Shown: positions 63,501-64,000 of the stretch, piece by piece
Layout: the number at the start of each line of letters is the position of its first letter
How positions within the stretch are numbered: the first letter of the stretch is position 1
DNA from: a virus
Length of the DNA stretch: 64,000 nt
IMG/VR virus record: IMGVR_UViG_3300022752_000018
Span: 32,001-96,000 of that record
Reading direction: 5' to 3' (one strand)
The notes under the pieces: generated by a model
The model's database searches: none
The model's input: the letters and a program-made list of their open reading frames with translations, nothing else
What the model was told of the DNA's origin: nothing
Program-made: the position numbers and the translations under genes

Positions 63501-63998
63501 TTTTATTTCCCTAGCCTTTTCAGGATCGCCTGCAGCCATCAGTCTAATTTTGGCTTCTATTTGTCCATCGACGGCTGCTTTTTTAAGTGCTTCCTCTTGT
63601 TCTTTACGAGTTTGTCCTGTCAACCTAGCTATTAGATCTAATTCTACACCTAATTCAGCAGCAGCCTTGGCTGTACGCATTTGCCCTTCTACTGAAGTGT
63701 CAGTATAAGATTTCTGCATGGTTATCTGTAAGGATAATAATTCATTTAGATCCTTACTGGTATAACCTATTTGTCTTAAATGATCAGTGATATTGCTTTC
63801 AAAAAATGCCTTACTGAAATCACCGAAGACTTGACTACCTTTGCTTACACTGCCACCTAATCCAGAAAAGTACTTGCCATTTTCCTTTAATACATCAGTA
63901 TACTCTTCTAAACTTAATCTAGCATTTGCTGCTGCCACTCTAAGAGACAGCATGTCATTATTGAAAACATTACCTGTATTACTTAAAGTTTGAAACGC
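57531..63998 (-). CDS. Tape-measure-like protein, >=2,155 aa, 5' end outside the window
   Basis: The frame stays open upstream of the track's M to the window edge (AFQTLSNTGNVFNNDML...). Long helical A/E/K/Q-rich sequence with the R.GG..G..G..FE..G.GT..ELHG.EAV motif that I associate with tape-measure proteins of T4-like phages. Confidence 0.6.
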   Translation of the reverse strand, partial: AFQTLSNTGNVFNNDMLSLRVAAANARLSLEEYTDVLKENGKYFSGLGGSVSKGSQVFGDFSKAFFESNITDHLRQIGYTSKDLNELLSLQITMQKSYTDTSVEGQMRTAKAAAELGVELDLIARLTGQTRKEQEEALKKAAVDGQIEAKIRLMAAGDPEKAREIKEKFAQEYIKAEAMGQGQLFKEYFASQTATTKEAQLSLGIFGDAARKTAESAKLLGEGQTALASESMKQAQVANMENQKNVALNTIAATGVGDAAKLIIKNIEKNDTAYQGLQKFMEKTNDVREAMEAQRQAIVKEQAAREPLTEILVTTTRTIEDVRAGLISTAGRILQNSGERDAKGRPTGVMGQLQDVARTVPGGDKGKSIDELAKQYADKKGKDADNIGAIIPAELEKAGFFKAVKGIDQGISGLATKIGEYIPKLQKTLDEIAALRKEEVKPKAKEESQTQPPPPKREGGSIGEAGMLFENWGKGTLAELHGMEAVVRPDQMMNMAKGLSQEGAGVAFNQMKSVLAGQDKTSKGIDLTKISNDIKTTISKVEVQNWPKNLISKVEVKGPSEAKPTDKPTETKPATTTKAPETKPTTAKETTVESKKPLSNAEKIKKQDAELEEHFKKIGAEKGETAERIARQEYATEKKRNDELQKWRDEELKVKIAGIREGPAAEQKMRDLVEKSRTESAQNRLLSEIAPTTPKTNVSKTQTQEVIVNGKQVDPNSKEGQAAIKQLETTRSNIESSMKGLTDLTRTNLQEISKEIKNNQKTSVSIDGKPVDPNSKEGQAAIKQMESMKLNIENSMSNMLNLTKTAVQDPARTNLQDSSRLNLQEIFKEVKNNQKTTVTIDGKSVDPNSKEGQAAIKQLETTRSNIESSMKGLTDLTRTNLQEISKETKKNQETSVSIDGKPFDPDSKEGQAVIREMEASKARLEQTMNSLMTGVVYKKTDLIEKATSGGSVTEGKQFKTDDAKAADQELSKVLGQHMSKQRELYAQMKEQLGPDAKFSDVRRAVKESQQGKDLDNEFRPQVEALRKRIEEGTTWEVNKRAETNESIKKISTEQSQIVTGFKTKELDDVKKSGQEAINLAQENNKFKIKVEQDYNDHWTKSRDEAAQKITDLEKKAATETLTKREQNELAFQKNIKAQADQEVAISAANLEDYKKQGQQLTSAEQTKNVVAENIPIQGIQEKSVASPQQVDPGQFVLKSYVDNATEKRNVNKEGLNEILSLNQQEREAKKQKYQEEYDLANKGFKEREKQLLAIEERYEAEGKKGQEKHDEEFKRLEAEEKAYVERRNKASEQLGYFREVDETKRKMEDQGYNFEKELQTRKQALSKDTAEVIKKDMKDALPLQEVKSLGEAYKGVEYPQPKEFESNLAKASESLDEHGKKTLQFVANDNEAMLETRKKNAKRIIESEEENIAERTARVQELEKKANEQGLTNREKNRLEEEKREIAKSEEIKKIQQSDLKAFEVAEKSRRGIIEESNQAIFKDQTEAGKELGKAITEPMTESKGEPKSNTEKVKNDVTSMQEMLPNQIQPKQVIDREEKTVDRNLIGDEDQKKQEEEINKRRAERDAKISQLGKDKESAIERGDKASAAMDTMMSKGQREGKSKEEIEGSEAYKNANKEMKEAYREAENISKEMGKAIFSPLTDAKEEVKSNSEKIKEDMKEALPVQGMRDKTEEMNKLAERRTEIEERLLERQGEVDGLKALASERALTEEEQAQLKLAENGVIRAQNNLKSNLEQQKELDEALGIAKKESDNKILEQTEKANKAQLESVGGMTDAAINAQDTFMQQINTLFDMPSEAAAEAQDAFMQEATALFDMPERDEFEEDEYGQGGEDVVLPEEPEKDYISLAMKDFADQVQGLTDSQMLEANEAQQGEGSMDSAFAEDEYGQGGEDVVLPEEPEKDYISLAMKDFADQIIGLKEFEEDEYGQGGDAIGGKMDPAFAEDEDDYVSQALKDFSSQLPETMNPMADDAAFAAGPGDASVAGIDYAEPPPPQQESRTGDANVAEAMASLQKTLPQANPSAKSEPSSKPQYSKIDMGMFTLGSDGMPVPKAKVQGQTHASGAQAEREKTKQEDKKATQATVRAVDNKIDKDQGKKSESGSTTPGKQTKTLDDVVKSLDQLNMNIGRLTNKVEESSRQQIQATKNLNGNLFNV
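58120..58545 (-). repeat. Acidic EDEYGQGG(EDVVLPEEPEKDYISLAMKDFADQ) repeats
   Basis: tcaccaccttgaccatattcatc at 58201, 58321 and 58498 (offsets 120 and 177 bp). Confidence 0.9.
61240..61890 (-). repeat. Four V.(I/V)(D/N)GK.VDP(N/D)SKEGQA.I repeats arranged as a 396-bp (132-aa) duplication
   Basis: Near-identical DNA at 61345 and 61741 (offset 396). Confidence 0.9.
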
Positions 63999-64000
63999 TT

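Noticed and set aside
17381-63708. Plus-strand and short nested ORFs opposite the structural genes
   Set aside because: They lie antisense to or inside well-supported genes, lack SD signals or motifs, and have the composition expected of shadow frames.
17146-63998. Stop-codon reassignment (alternative genetic code)
   Set aside because: Multi-kb ORFs are intact under the standard code, and TAG (17146, 49530) and TGA (54921) end genes that tile properly.

Overview
This window is the virion-morphogenesis region of an AT-rich, T4-like (probably jumbo, environmental) myovirus. Every credible gene is on the minus strand. Reading from 64000 down to 1, the order is: 5'-truncated tape-measure-like protein (>=2,155 aa), gp20 portal, 80-aa protein, SAM methyltransferase, glycosyltransferase-like protein, acidic core protein, gp21 protease, gp22 scaffold, gp23 major capsid protein plus terminator, GT-A glycosyltransferase, then a roughly 49-kb block of fibre/decoration-type genes. 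Two giant genes dominate that block. (1) A 6,653-aa protein (22312-42273) in which I count 34 helical repeats, each with an invariant Cys in a C-x-R-D-...-GG/SN motif that aligns in register with the bilin-attachment helix of phycobiliproteins. The repeats fall into two largely alternating subtypes. (2) A gene missing from the supplied ORF track: one open frame from ATG 16884 to beyond position 1 (>=5,628 aa). It encodes about 1,260 Pro-poor Gly-X-Gln triplets punctuated by about 24 chitin-binding-like (CBM5/12-like) modules. The YTL/KVY/RCT ORFs in 1-16.5 kb are shadows of this gene. The two giants and their neighbours share small insertable modules, one nested inside another. Duplicated gene pairs, TAAATA late-promoter boxes and structured leaders are also present. 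All family assignments come from motif recognition by eye; no searches were run, and repeat counts and module boundaries are hand estimates.
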